Shown here: one piece after another, positions 9,908 through 20,106 of the stretch
Numbering within the stretch: the stretch's first letter is position 1
Layout of the letters: every line of letters starts with the position of its first letter
Source: Bacteriovoracaceae bacterium
GTDB lineage: Bacteria > Bdellovibrionota > Bacteriovoracia > Bacteriovoracales > Bacteriovoracaceae
Assembly (NCBI GenBank): GCA_048270185.1
Contig: JBLWTJ010000001.1
Coordinates: forward strand, 1,376,001-1,440,000
Reading direction: 5' to 3'
Length of the DNA: 64,000 nt
The notes under the pieces: model-generated
Told to the model about the DNA's origin: nothing
The model's database searches: none
What the model saw: only the letters and a program-made list of their open reading frames with translations
Translations under genes and position numbers: made by a program

Positions 9908-10639
9908 TTATTTGAGAATAAAAGAGCGGTTTTTCTTCTCGCGAACTAAGGCCACTCGCTGCTTGTCCATCTTGCGTCCTCGATAACTTGGAACATTTGG
10001 ATCTGATGCAATATCAATCTGTTTTTGAATCATCGCCTTAAAAGCGTTAATCATAGAATCTTCACTACCACTAAGCTCTTCCACACCAAATTTTCCAAGC
10101 TCCTTAATAAGAACATGAACTGACTCGACTGTTGAGAGGGCCTGCTTATGAGGTTGGTGCTTAATAAGAAATGCCGATTCCTTATCTGAAGAGAAAGAGA
10201 TTCTTGGAAGTGTGTTTATATTATTTGATAACTTCATCATCTTCTTAGCACATGGCCAAGTTCCATCAATGACAAAGATCAGCGGTCTTTTTCCTTTTAA
10301 AATTTCAATGTCATTTTCAGTTGGATCAGAAATATTTAATGCATCTTCTCCTGGATATAAGACCATTGGATAGAATTCATCACTTGCAAGTAATTCATTG
10401 ACTCTCTTGTGTTCAGTAAAATCAATTCCCATTAGTAACTCACTCTCAACTAAGGCCGTATGAGTGATACGTCCGGTTCCAAGCTTTTCTTTCTTGGCTT
10501 CCATTGGGTGAATTAAAATGATGAATTTTGTGCGAAGAGAAGTCTCTTTAATATGAGAACAAACACAGAGGTGCTCAGGTCTTGAGCACCCCATGCACTT
10601 AGCACGATATGTATTTGTATCTTTTAAATCTTTAAGCAT
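9908..10639 (-). CDS. DTW-domain tRNA-uridine aminocarboxypropyltransferase (TapT-like)
   Basis: N-terminal CxxC...CxC, HPME, TGR, LYP, IDGTW, LSTVE motifs. Confidence 0.88.
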   Translation of the reverse strand: MLKDLKDTNTYRAKCMGCSRPEHLCVCSHIKETSLRTKFIILIHPMEAKKEKLGTGRITHTALVESELLMGIDFTEHKRVNELLASDEFYPMVLYPGEDALNISDPTENDIEILKGKRPLIFVIDGTWPCAKKMMKLSNNINTLPRISFSSDKESAFLIKHQPHKQALSTVESVHVLIKELGKFGVEELSGSEDSMINAFKAMIQKQIDIASDPNVPSYRGRKMDKQRVALVREKKNRSFILK

Positions 10640-10974
10640 TATTTAATTACTTTATCCCATTCGTCTTGAGCAAAGCCTCTTAGAGTACTCTTACCTTTTT
10701 CAAGAATAGGTCTTTTAATTGCTGATGAATTTTCGATCAGTAGAGATATTTGTTGAGTTTTAGTTGCTCCTTCAAATTCCTCTTTAATTTTTCTAAAAGT
10801 TGGCCCTCTCTTATTGGCCGGAAGCTCACCAAAAGCGGCATCCCATCTTTTTAGATCATCCTTTGTTGGAGGAGTCTTTTTAAAATCAACGAAGTCATAG
10901 CTAACACCCTTTGCATCAAGGTATTTCAAAGCTTTCTTAACAGTGTCACAATTTTTAATTCCGTATACTTTCAT
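10639..10974 (-). CDS. ArsC/Spx (YffB-like) family protein
   Basis: YGIKNCDTVKKA and IKRPIL motifs. Confidence 0.9.
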   Translation of the reverse strand: MKVYGIKNCDTVKKALKYLDAKGVSYDFVDFKKTPPTKDDLKRWDAAFGELPANKRGPTFRKIKEEFEGATKTQQISLLIENSSAIKRPILEKGKSTLRGFAQDEWDKVIK

Positions 10975-11612
10975 TAAATATCCTTTTTTAAAATAACAAC
11001 TTGGCGACTTACGATTTCTAAAGTTGCATTTAGCTCTTTAGCAATATAACTAAAGACATCTTCGTTGTAAAAACCGACGTGAGTTTCATCACGAAGATAC
11101 CACCAATTCATAAATTGTTCTTTATCTTGTGGAATAAAATAAGTCATCACACCGAGATATCCACCAGGCTTAACTAAGTCCCAGCACTTCTTAATATCAA
11201 TTCTTGGTTGATAAAAATGTTCCCAAACTTCTGTGGAAGTAACAAAGTCGTACTGATTTTCTAGCAGCTGCGGTTTGTTAGCATAGTAAATATCATAATC
11301 TGACATGATATGACCGCGCTTCTTCATTTCCTTAGAGATGGTCGGGCCCGGCCCACAACCAAAATCAAGTCCGTAACTCTCAGGCGCAAGTTTTTCGCTT
11401 AAAGGTAGTAACAGACGATTTAAGAAGTCGATATAACCTTGATCCTCACTATCATTATTGTGAGTATCATAGCGACTCTTCTCGACACTACTGTCTAAGA
11501 GTTTACTTCGATCTTTAAAAACATAGGAACAAGTCTTACACTCGAAGTAGTCACTTCCAAGAGTGTGAGCATAAAGTTCAATGGAGTTTTTAGTACATAG
11601 TGGGCAATCCAT
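10974..11612 (-). CDS. class I SAM-dependent methyltransferase with N-terminal zinc ribbon
   Basis: CPLC...CKTC, LDFGCGPG, EVWEH, VKPGG. Confidence 0.88.
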   Translation of the reverse strand: MDCPLCTKNSIELYAHTLGSDYFECKTCSYVFKDRSKLLDSSVEKSRYDTHNNDSEDQGYIDFLNRLLLPLSEKLAPESYGLDFGCGPGPTISKEMKKRGHIMSDYDIYYANKPQLLENQYDFVTSTEVWEHFYQPRIDIKKCWDLVKPGGYLGVMTYFIPQDKEQFMNWWYLRDETHVGFYNEDVFSYIAKELNATLEIVSRQVVILKKDI

Positions 11613-11624
11613 GAAGTATTTTTA

Positions 11625-12332
11625 TTACATCATCGAATCATTGAAAAGCTCTTTTAGCCTTTTAAATCCATACTTTTTGAAGTTTTTCTTCATCGATTTC
11701 GATAACTTTTGATTGGCCAAAGAATTGAATGTTTTAACAAGCATATAGGCCATAACACCACCTTCACTACTGGCATTATAAGCAGCGATAGTTACAAGGT
11801 CGGCTTTTGAAGTTTTGAGTAATCTTATCTTTTGATAGGCACCACTTGATGTATCACAAAGACTAGGATTACTTACGACATTATTAGTTCGACAAACACT
11901 TGGTCGATCACTGTAGACACGACAAGCGCCTTTATCATCGAGAAAGATACATCCTCTATCTTGATATGCTAGCTTTAACCAATCCACGTTATCATTCATC
12001 ACCTTAGCTTGCTTCTCAAGCCTTTCCATATCGATCTTCACACCATCTTCTAGAAGACGCGTTACAAGTAATTGAGCTTCATCTGAATTAACTGAGACTT
12101 GCGTATGGCAACAGGCACTACAACCTTTTCTACAGCTGATGAGTTTGGCAGTTTCCTCTTCGGTTGTAATTTCACTTACATATTGATCTACGAGAGAATT
12201 AGAAAATTGGGCCCTTTCGACGGGGTCTTTATAGCGCTGAATTTTTGTCATGATGGCCACATAGAAATCTCTAAACGCAATTTCTTGAGAAAACTTCTTA
12301 AACGTCTCTAGAGCTCTTTGTGGATAATTCAG
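11625..12332 (-). CDS. YkgJ/FliB-family Cys-cluster (CxxxCxxCC) protein
   Basis: CRKGCSACC, CIFL, CRVYSDRPSVCR; start placed at CTG 12332 after GGAGG (track gives GTG 12260). Confidence 0.85.
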   Translation of the reverse strand: MNYPQRALETFKKFSQEIAFRDFYVAIMTKIQRYKDPVERAQFSNSLVDQYVSEITTEEETAKLISCRKGCSACCHTQVSVNSDEAQLLVTRLLEDGVKIDMERLEKQAKVMNDNVDWLKLAYQDRGCIFLDDKGACRVYSDRPSVCRTNNVVSNPSLCDTSSGAYQKIRLLKTSKADLVTIAAYNASSEGGVMAYMLVKTFNSLANQKLSKSMKKNFKKYGFKRLKELFNDSMM

Positions 12333-12472
12333 CTTGACCTCCTAGTCGTCGCTAAATAGTTAATTCTAGTATACCTGATTGATGGGGACTACTTTGTAAA
12401 TCGGCAATAAAGTTCATTTATGAACGATTAGTAATAATAAATTGTTGGCAAAAATCATAAAAAGGTGTAAAT

Positions 12473-12506
12473 TTCAAACAACTGTTTGAATCAAACAAGT
12501 GTTTGA
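12473..12506. promoter_or_regulatory. tandem palindromic operators, probable TetR sites
   Basis: TTCAAACA-AC-TGTTTGAA and TCAAACA-AG-TGTTTGA directly before the tolC RBS. Confidence 0.75.
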
Positions 12507-12520
12507 AAACTAGGAGTATT

Positions 12521-14005
12521 ATGAATACATTAAGGTACTTACGCCAAGGAATACTTAATTATTTCCTTATGGTACTAGCATTTGCACCATTTACGTCTTA
12601 TGCAAAAACAATCACGTTAACAGAACAGACCCTAATTAATTGGGCCATGCAAGAGAACTTTAATAAGCTTAAAATCTCTCTTGAAGAATTAGCGACTAAG
12701 CAGCAACGAGCAAAATTTGATGAGAATTTTGGACTTAAGTTCAACGCTTCTGCAAATTATCAAGAAACAAAGGAAAAATCGTTCGCGACCTTTATTCCTG
12801 TTAACTCACCTCTATCTGATTACCAAATGAAGTTGAGCCAGAATACAAAGTACGGTCTCTCATATGGAATTAAGGCCGGTGCCAATCAGTATACAAATAG
12901 TATTTTTACTGACGGAACGACGGCGACTGTAGATGCTGAGCTTGCCCTTGATCTTTATAAAGACTTCTTAGGTTCAACTTCTAGGGCCCAAGATGCAAGT
13001 CTTATGGTTCAAGAGGAAATTGCAAAGAGACAAAGAGAAATTTCTGAACATACTTTCGTTCAAGAAGTGAGAAAGCTTTATTGGCAAATTGTAGCTAATA
13101 ATGAAAGAAGAAAAATCGCTCAGGCACTTCTAGATACAACTAAGAAACTGGAAAAGGATACTCGTAAGAGATTCAAAAGTAATGTTGCCGACCGTGGTGA
13201 CCTGGCCCGTATTAACTCTCAGGTTGAAGAAAGAAATGGTCAGCTCTATTTTTTAGATTTTGAAAAGAATGAATTATTTAAAACTTTAAAATCTTTATTT
13301 CCTGAAAAGTTAGGTGGTAATGATATCAAACTAGCTCCTTATGATCTTGATGATACTGTAAAAGAAGTAATGAGCTGTACTCAACAAATTGCCACTCATC
13401 TAAAGTCACTGCCTTTAGAGTATACAGAATACGATGAAATCTTAGGGCTACTACAAAAAGACCTTGAGCTTTCAAAAAAGGTTAATGATAACTACAATAA
13501 ATCAGATCTAAAGCTAATTGGTTCATTTGGACTAGTAGGAAAAGATTATAGCTATTCAAATAGTATTGATGAACTTAAAGATAGTGGAGATACAAGATTT
13601 GCTGTCGGCCTCCAGTGGACTGTTCCACTAGGCGGAGAGACTGAGAAAACTAGGGCCATTCAAGATCGTATCCTAAAAAGACAAAACTTAGCTCAGGCTC
13701 AAGAAGTTAAAGGGAAGCTCGATGCATTCCATTCTCAAACTCTTCGATCAGTTTTTGTCCTCCAAAATGTAATTAAGGCGCAAGAACGAAATGCTAAGTA
13801 TCTTCGTGCTACTTTAAAGGACACTAAGAAAAAATTCCAACAAGCACGTCTTTCTTCTCAAGACCTACTAATAGATACAAACCAACTTCTTAATTCAAAC
13901 TTAAATGAAGTTAGTACAAAATACCAAGTTATTGAAACAATCATTAATTACTTTACTGTATTTAACCAGACTCCTTGTCAGTTAAATAAGAGAGCACAAC
14001 TATGA
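12521..14005 (+). CDS. TolC-family outer membrane efflux protein
   Basis: signal peptide, EVRKLYWQ and VGLQWTVPL OEP-like segments; AGGAG RBS before ATG 12521; adjacent RND gene. Confidence 0.85.
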   Translation: MNTLRYLRQGILNYFLMVLAFAPFTSYAKTITLTEQTLINWAMQENFNKLKISLEELATKQQRAKFDENFGLKFNASANYQETKEKSFATFIPVNSPLSDYQMKLSQNTKYGLSYGIKAGANQYTNSIFTDGTTATVDAELALDLYKDFLGSTSRAQDASLMVQEEIAKRQREISEHTFVQEVRKLYWQIVANNERRKIAQALLDTTKKLEKDTRKRFKSNVADRGDLARINSQVEERNGQLYFLDFEKNELFKTLKSLFPEKLGGNDIKLAPYDLDDTVKEVMSCTQQIATHLKSLPLEYTEYDEILGLLQKDLELSKKVNDNYNKSDLKLIGSFGLVGKDYSYSNSIDELKDSGDTRFAVGLQWTVPLGGETEKTRAIQDRILKRQNLAQAQEVKGKLDAFHSQTLRSVFVLQNVIKAQERNAKYLRATLKDTKKKFQQARLSSQDLLIDTNQLLNSNLNEVSTKYQVIETIINYFTVFNQTPCQLNKRAQL

Positions 14006-17000
14006 GCAATATTTCAAAGTTCTTTATCGAGAACCATAAATTTACAATTGTTGTTACCTTCTTTCTCTTAATCTACGGATTAATGGGACTTAATAAGATG
14101 ACAGCAGAATCTTATCCTACAGTATCATTTGCCACTGCTATCGTTACTACTGTTTATGATGGTGCTTCGGCCAATGATATTGAAATTAAAATTACAAAAC
14201 CAATTGAAGATGAGATTAGAACTGTCTCAGGGGTAAAAGATGTTAAATCAACTTCTCAGGCAGGCCTTTCTAAAATTGTAATTCGTGTCGACATGGACAA
14301 TGTTGATAGCGTTGATGATGTAATGAGTGATCTTCAAAAAGCAGTCGATCGAGTATCTGATCTACCAACAGACCTTCAAGATGCTCCTCTCTTTCAAGAG
14401 ATTAACTCAGAGGAAATTCCTGTTTATCAAATAGCTCTCGTTGGTCCAAACACTATTCGTGAACGAGATGCACTTGCAGATATCTTAAAGGAAGATATCG
14501 AAGATATCAAAGCAGTTAAAGGCGTTACACTAGATGGTTTTGCTAAGAGAAAATTTGAAATTATTCTCGATCTAAAAAAGCTTGAACGTGAGCATATAGG
14601 GATTGATGAGGTTTTAAATAAGTTACGTCTAAGAAATGTTAATATTCCAGGTGGAACACTTAAGACTGATGAAAGCCAAAAACTAGTTAGAATTGAGGCC
14701 AAGGTAAAAGATGTAAGTGAATTACAAAATATCCTAATTCGCTCAAATTTCTCGGGATCAAATATCTTCTTAAAAGATGTTGCTCAAGTAATTGACGGAA
14801 AAGAAGAGAGGAAAGTAATTACTTCGTACAATGGTGAAGAAGCAACACTTATTACTATTTCTAAAAAATCAGGTGAAGACACGATTGCAATGGTGGAAGA
14901 TATCAAGGCCCACCTTGAAAAGTTTAAAGATCGACACCCGAATTACAAATTCTTCGTCTATAATAACGAAGAGATTAAAGTTGTTAATAAACTTGAAGTT
15001 CTTGCTTCTAATGCAGTTTCAGGGCTATTACTAGTTATCTTCTTCCTATTTATCTTCTTACCAGGACGAATCGGTTTACTAGCAAGTTTATCACTTCCTC
15101 TTGCCGTTTTTGGAACAATTGGGTTTATGCCAGACTATGGGCTAACACTCAACGCCATGACTGTTCTGGCCCTTGTTATTGCACTTGGTATGCTTGTTGA
15201 TAACAGCGTTGTTATCAGTGAGAACTTTACACGTCTTATGAACGAGGAAGGACAAGGAGCAAAAGAAGCTGCTTTAAATAGTGTAAAATCATTATGGTTA
15301 CCGATTACAGGTACAGCGATGACGACAATTGCAGCCTTTATTCCAATGTTAGTAACAAAAGGGATTATGGGACAATTTATTATGGCCATACCTATCATTG
15401 TTACAGCTTCATTAATTCTATCTCTAGTCGAATCATTCTTCTTATTACCGATGAGACTTGCAAAATATTCAGGTTCAGCAAAGAAGACAGGAACAGAGAA
15501 GAAAGAAGACTGGTTTGTTAAGTTTCAATCGAAGTTTGAAGTCATCATGACAAAAGCTGTAAAACATCGTTACATCTCAGTATTCTTTTTTACTTCAATT
15601 ATTATAGGTTCTCTTGTCTTTATGGCGGTCGGAAATAAATTCATTCTCTTCCCTGCTGATCAAACAGAAGTGTATCTGACACGTTTTGAAGCAAAACGTG
15701 GAACTCCTGTTGAAGAAACAGAAAAGTATATGCTTAAAGTAAGTAATCTAATTAAAGAAAAAATTGGTGATCAAGCTAAGCATATTGTCGGTTTTGCAGG
15801 TAAAGCTGCGATTGGTTTCTCTGACCCGAAAGATAAAGAAGGAAATAGTGTTGGTATTATTTTCATTTATGTTAATGACTACGCCAAATTTAATATTGCT
15901 GAAACAGAAATGTTAAAAAAGCTTAGAGAAATAAAAGTTCCAGAGCTTCAGTCTCTAACATTTGAGTCACAAGTTAACGGACCTCCAGTTGGTGAAGCGA
16001 TTCAAGGAACATTCCGTTCAAATAGTTTTGAAGACCTAGATAATATCATTGCTGATATTTCTGCTGAACTAGGACAAGTCAAAGGTGTTCTGGATCTTAA
16101 GTCAGATGATGTTTATGGAGATGAAGAAGTTTACCTTGATATTGACTATGTTAAAGCAGATCAATTGGGTGTTTCGGCTTCACAAATAGGAACTGCTGTA
16201 AGAGCAGCTATTGCAGGGAGTATTGCAAGCACAGTTACTCTTGATAACAAAGATGTTGACTTAGAAGTAAGGTTTAAGAAATCTTTAAGAGGTAAGCCAA
16301 ATGATATCCTAAATATTCAGATAATGGATAATCGCGGAAATCTTATTCCACTTAGAGCTGTCGCCAAAATCCGTCAAGAGAATGGTACACCAAATGTTAA
16401 GAGATATGACTTTAAACGATCGAAAACTCTTATCGGCTCTGTTGATAATATAAATGCTACTTCTGCAACGGCAAACGCAAAACTTAAACAGATTTTCAAT
16501 AAGATTTCGAGCAAGTATCCTTCTGTCTCACTTCGTTTTGGAGGGGCCGCAGAAAGTACAAAAGAGTCCCTTGAGTCACTTGCTCAAGCAGGTGTCCTGG
16601 CAATCATTGCAATCTTTGCAATTCTTGTTTTCTTATTTAAGAGTTTCTTACGTCCAATGATTATTATGATGACGATTCCACTTGGCTTTATTGGTTTTTC
16701 AATAGCTTTTGCGACGCCAATTCTAAGTGGTTACCCTGATCGTTCACGTCCAATCAGCTTCCTTGCCCTTATCGGAATTATTGGTCTAGCTGGTATTATC
16801 GTAAACTCAGGGATTGTTCTTATTAGTTTCATTGATGAACTCAGAGCAGAAGGAAAGCTTTCTCTTGATGAAATTCTAGTTAAAGCCTCTGGTCTAAGAC
16901 TTAGAGCAGTACTAGTAACGTCGCTAACAACTGTATCAGGCCTTCTTCCGACGGCATATGGAATTGGTGGCTCAGATGCCATGCTTGTGCCAATGACAAT

Positions 17001-17199
17001 GTCGATGGCATGGGGATTAACATCAGGTACAATTATGACTCTTATCTTTATTCCATGTGCTTATGCCATCATTGAAGATGTTGTTAATTTCACTGATCGT
17101 ATGATTGCAAAGATCACGGGAAAAGAAGTAAAGAAAGATGAGGATGCTAACATTCTTTCAACTGAAAAAGTGGTTGAGAGTAAAGAGGTGGAAGCTTAA
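14002..17199 (+). CDS. RND efflux permease (AcrB/AcrD/AcrF family)
   Basis: 1065 aa with 12-TM pattern; ALGMLVDNSVV, RLRAVLVTSLTT motifs. Confidence 0.95.
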   Translation: MSNISKFFIENHKFTIVVTFFLLIYGLMGLNKMTAESYPTVSFATAIVTTVYDGASANDIEIKITKPIEDEIRTVSGVKDVKSTSQAGLSKIVIRVDMDNVDSVDDVMSDLQKAVDRVSDLPTDLQDAPLFQEINSEEIPVYQIALVGPNTIRERDALADILKEDIEDIKAVKGVTLDGFAKRKFEIILDLKKLEREHIGIDEVLNKLRLRNVNIPGGTLKTDESQKLVRIEAKVKDVSELQNILIRSNFSGSNIFLKDVAQVIDGKEERKVITSYNGEEATLITISKKSGEDTIAMVEDIKAHLEKFKDRHPNYKFFVYNNEEIKVVNKLEVLASNAVSGLLLVIFFLFIFLPGRIGLLASLSLPLAVFGTIGFMPDYGLTLNAMTVLALVIALGMLVDNSVVISENFTRLMNEEGQGAKEAALNSVKSLWLPITGTAMTTIAAFIPMLVTKGIMGQFIMAIPIIVTASLILSLVESFFLLPMRLAKYSGSAKKTGTEKKEDWFVKFQSKFEVIMTKAVKHRYISVFFFTSIIIGSLVFMAVGNKFILFPADQTEVYLTRFEAKRGTPVEETEKYMLKVSNLIKEKIGDQAKHIVGFAGKAAIGFSDPKDKEGNSVGIIFIYVNDYAKFNIAETEMLKKLREIKVPELQSLTFESQVNGPPVGEAIQGTFRSNSFEDLDNIIADISAELGQVKGVLDLKSDDVYGDEEVYLDIDYVKADQLGVSASQIGTAVRAAIAGSIASTVTLDNKDVDLEVRFKKSLRGKPNDILNIQIMDNRGNLIPLRAVAKIRQENGTPNVKRYDFKRSKTLIGSVDNINATSATANAKLKQIFNKISSKYPSVSLRFGGAAESTKESLESLAQAGVLAIIAIFAILVFLFKSFLRPMIIMMTIPLGFIGFSIAFATPILSGYPDRSRPISFLALIGIIGLAGIIVNSGIVLISFIDELRAEGKLSLDEILVKASGLRLRAVLVTSLTTVSGLLPTAYGIGGSDAMLVPMTMSMAWGLTSGTIMTLIFIPCAYAIIEDVVNFTDRMIAKITGKEVKKDEDANILSTEKVVESKEVEA

Positions 17200-17828
17200 T
17201 GAACAATCTTTCAACAAAAGAATTAATTATTCAAACCGCAAGTCGTCTTTTTGGCGACAGCGGTTATGATAATACTTCAATTAGAGATATAGCTAAACTT
17301 GCTGACGTCAATATCTCAGCTGTTAATTATCACTTTAGTTCTAAGGCCAAGCTCTACTCTGAGGTTCTCAATTACAATGTTTTAAAACTTAGAGAGCATG
17401 TTCATGGTTTGGCAAAGACCGGAATTTCAACATCTGACTTTGCCGTTGAGATTTATAAGCATTTTATTGACCAGAAGGATACCTTCTCAAATTCAATGCG
17501 TTTATTTCTTTTAAATAATTTACCATTAGATGAAACGATCATCCCACAAGTATGCCTGGAAGAGCCGAAAGGACCTCCAGGAACACCGGCCTTAATGGAA
17601 ATCATTAAAACGGAAATCAATTATCAGGGAGATGAAGATAATCTTATATGGGCGGCTAGAAATATTCTCCACAACGTTATCATGATTGCCCTCGTCACTC
17701 AGTCTTCTTTTATTACAATTATGAAGCAGACTGTGTGTAACTTTTCTGAAGAGGAAAAAATTGATTCAATCAGAAGAAATGTTCAATCAACTTTAAATTT
17801 TATCAGATCAAACCGATCAGACACATAG
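17199..17828 (+). CDS. TetR/AcrR family transcriptional regulator
   Basis: LFGDSGYDNTSIRDIAKLADVNISAVNYHFSSK helix-turn-helix. Confidence 0.93.
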   Translation: MNNLSTKELIIQTASRLFGDSGYDNTSIRDIAKLADVNISAVNYHFSSKAKLYSEVLNYNVLKLREHVHGLAKTGISTSDFAVEIYKHFIDQKDTFSNSMRLFLLNNLPLDETIIPQVCLEEPKGPPGTPALMEIIKTEINYQGDEDNLIWAARNILHNVIMIALVTQSSFITIMKQTVCNFSEEEKIDSIRRNVQSTLNFIRSNRSDT

Positions 17829-17838
17829 AGGGAATTCT

Positions 17839-18687
17839 ATGTGTCGATTATTTGGATTTAGATCAGTTATTTTAAGTCAGGTTCACCAAAGCTTGGTGCA
17901 AGCAGATAATGCCTTAGAGGTACAAAGTCGCGAGCATCCACATGGCTGGGGTGTTGCCTACTACGTCCGAAATTCTCCTCATATTATTAAATCAACAAAT
18001 GCGGCACTTGAAGATAAGATATTCAAGAAAGTTTCTGGTGTAGTTTCCTCACAAACAGTATTAGGACATATCCGAAAAGCAACAGTTGGTGAAACTAATA
18101 TTTTAAATACTCACCCATTTCAATACGGTCATTGGACATTTGCTCACAATGGAAACATAAAGAACTTCGACGAATGTCGTGAAGCAATACTTGAGCATAT
18201 ACCAGAATACTTCCAAAAGTTTATTCTAGGAACAACTGATAGCGAAGTCCTCTTCTATTACCTACTTTCTAAAATTTCTCGAGTCATGAATTTAAGTGAA
18301 GAGGAAATTGATATCGATGATATGTCCACAATCATCAACGATGCTATCAATGACCTTATCGAGATTATTGGTGAGCTAAACTTTATGGAAGATGCTCCCG
18401 CTACAGATAATTTCTTTACCTTTATATTAACAAACGGAAATATGATGATTGCCTTTAATGGAGGTAAGAAGTTATATTACTCAACTTATAAAAATCAATG
18501 TGTTGACCGTGATACATGTAGTAGCTTCTCTCCGGAGTGTGAAGCACCATCTAAAACAGGATTTGTTAACCACCTTATCTTTTCTAGTGAACCTCTATCA
18601 GGTGATAATATTTGGATAGCTCTAGAGCCAATGGAAATGATGGGAGTCGACTTTAAGATGCAAACTTATAAGAGGGTCTTAAGTTAA
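17839..18687 (+). CDS. class II glutamine amidotransferase (YafJ/EgtC-like Ntn hydrolase)
   Basis: N-terminal MCRL nucleophile Cys, GWG, HIRKAT, NTHPF, HNG, TDSE. Confidence 0.9.
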   Translation: MCRLFGFRSVILSQVHQSLVQADNALEVQSREHPHGWGVAYYVRNSPHIIKSTNAALEDKIFKKVSGVVSSQTVLGHIRKATVGETNILNTHPFQYGHWTFAHNGNIKNFDECREAILEHIPEYFQKFILGTTDSEVLFYYLLSKISRVMNLSEEEIDIDDMSTIINDAINDLIEIIGELNFMEDAPATDNFFTFILTNGNMMIAFNGGKKLYYSTYKNQCVDRDTCSSFSPECEAPSKTGFVNHLIFSSEPLSGDNIWIALEPMEMMGVDFKMQTYKRVLS

Positions 18688-18693
18688 TTTCCT

Positions 18694-20106
18694 CTAAGAA
18701 CTTCTAAGATACATATGGTAATCATCCATCTTAAATAACTTCAAATGATATAAAGAATAATCATAAATCACTGATTGCATAAGATCAGGATTTAGCTTTG
18801 AGCTCGCAAAAGCTTCCCATAAGATTTTATACTCAGATGCACTTAAGACGTTATCAGCATAAATAATATGACAAATTGCCAGATACTTAAGCTTTGAATC
18901 TTCAATCTTAATCCCTTTAAAAACACGTTCAATATACTTCTGATTAAGATATTCGTTAATTTTATCGAGATCATATCGATCATTTAAGACTAGATTAATA
19001 ATTAGTAGTATCTCTTCTTCAACAACCTTATCAGATAGAATTTCATCAATTGACTCAACGATATCTTTATTGCGATCAGCTTTAATATAATCGCTTAGTG
19101 CTGTAATGCGTTTCTCATCTAAGCGTAGAAAATGCTTTGCGAAAGTTAGAAAGAGCATATTGGCCATATCATAGAGTGGATGTTTCGAGTTCCACAAGCG
19201 TCCAATAAACTTGCGATTCTTCTTAAAGACTGAAGGCTCTTGAATGAGAATACTATAGAGCCAAAAAACTTGTTCAATATTTGAAACGACAAACTCTTCT
19301 TCATAATGATTGAGAAACCAATCCTCTTCTTTCGGAGATATTTCGTGGTCAGAAAGAAGTGCAATAAGAGAGATAAAAGGTGCAACGACTTGCCAACTGT
19401 CATCATGGAACTCTCCAAGGTGCATCTTTTTAACAATCCCTTTAATGGCAACGATTTCTTTCTTATGAACTTCCCCATCTGACTTAATTGCCTCAACAAC
19501 TTCGTCACGCATCTTCTGAATCTCATCTTTAGAATAAGCGTTCACGGCCAAAACATTTTTAATATCAAAAGAATGAATCGGAACCTTTGGCATATGCTTA
19601 CTAATATTTCGTAGCACTTCTCTTAGATTTTTAAATTCATTAATATCAAGGGTTCCATCATTTGAGTAAGAAACCATTAGGGAGAATAAAAGTGCATTAG
19701 AGTAATCCCTAAGTCCTGCTTTATTAAAGTATTGAGATTTGTAAAAACCGTCACGCAGTCTCTCAAAATCATTCTTTTCAATTTGCAGGCTCTCATAAGC
19801 TTCCTTTAAAATTAAGGGTGCTTTTTTATTTCTAATTTTAAGAGCAAAAATATCAAAGAGTCTGGTAAAGATATCTAGCTTTTCTTCGTATTCAAATTTC
19901 GCATTAATATACTTAAATGAACTCTTCCACTTATTAAAGAAACCTGCTTTTTCATCGAGATCTTGGACATAATCTTCGACGATATTGTAAGAGCCAAAGC
20001 TCCAGCTATAAAAATATGCAAAGAAATTACGACGATGAACCTTATCAATATGAAGGTCTTCACAAATTTCGTGACACATTAAAATTATAGCATCTTCTTT
20101 ATTCAA
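18694..20106 (-). CDS. hypothetical protein with repeated TerB-like motifs
   Basis: four [S/N/A]D-x6-E motifs (NDGTLDINE, SDGEVHKKE, SDHEISPKE, ADNVLSASE) in a helical protein. Confidence 0.6.
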   Translation of the reverse strand: MNKEDAIILMCHEICEDLHIDKVHRRNFFAYFYSWSFGSYNIVEDYVQDLDEKAGFFNKWKSSFKYINAKFEYEEKLDIFTRLFDIFALKIRNKKAPLILKEAYESLQIEKNDFERLRDGFYKSQYFNKAGLRDYSNALLFSLMVSYSNDGTLDINEFKNLREVLRNISKHMPKVPIHSFDIKNVLAVNAYSKDEIQKMRDEVVEAIKSDGEVHKKEIVAIKGIVKKMHLGEFHDDSWQVVAPFISLIALLSDHEISPKEEDWFLNHYEEEFVVSNIEQVFWLYSILIQEPSVFKKNRKFIGRLWNSKHPLYDMANMLFLTFAKHFLRLDEKRITALSDYIKADRNKDIVESIDEILSDKVVEEEILLIINLVLNDRYDLDKINEYLNQKYIERVFKGIKIEDSKLKYLAICHIIYADNVLSASEYKILWEAFASSKLNPDLMQSVIYDYSLYHLKLFKMDDYHMYLRSS

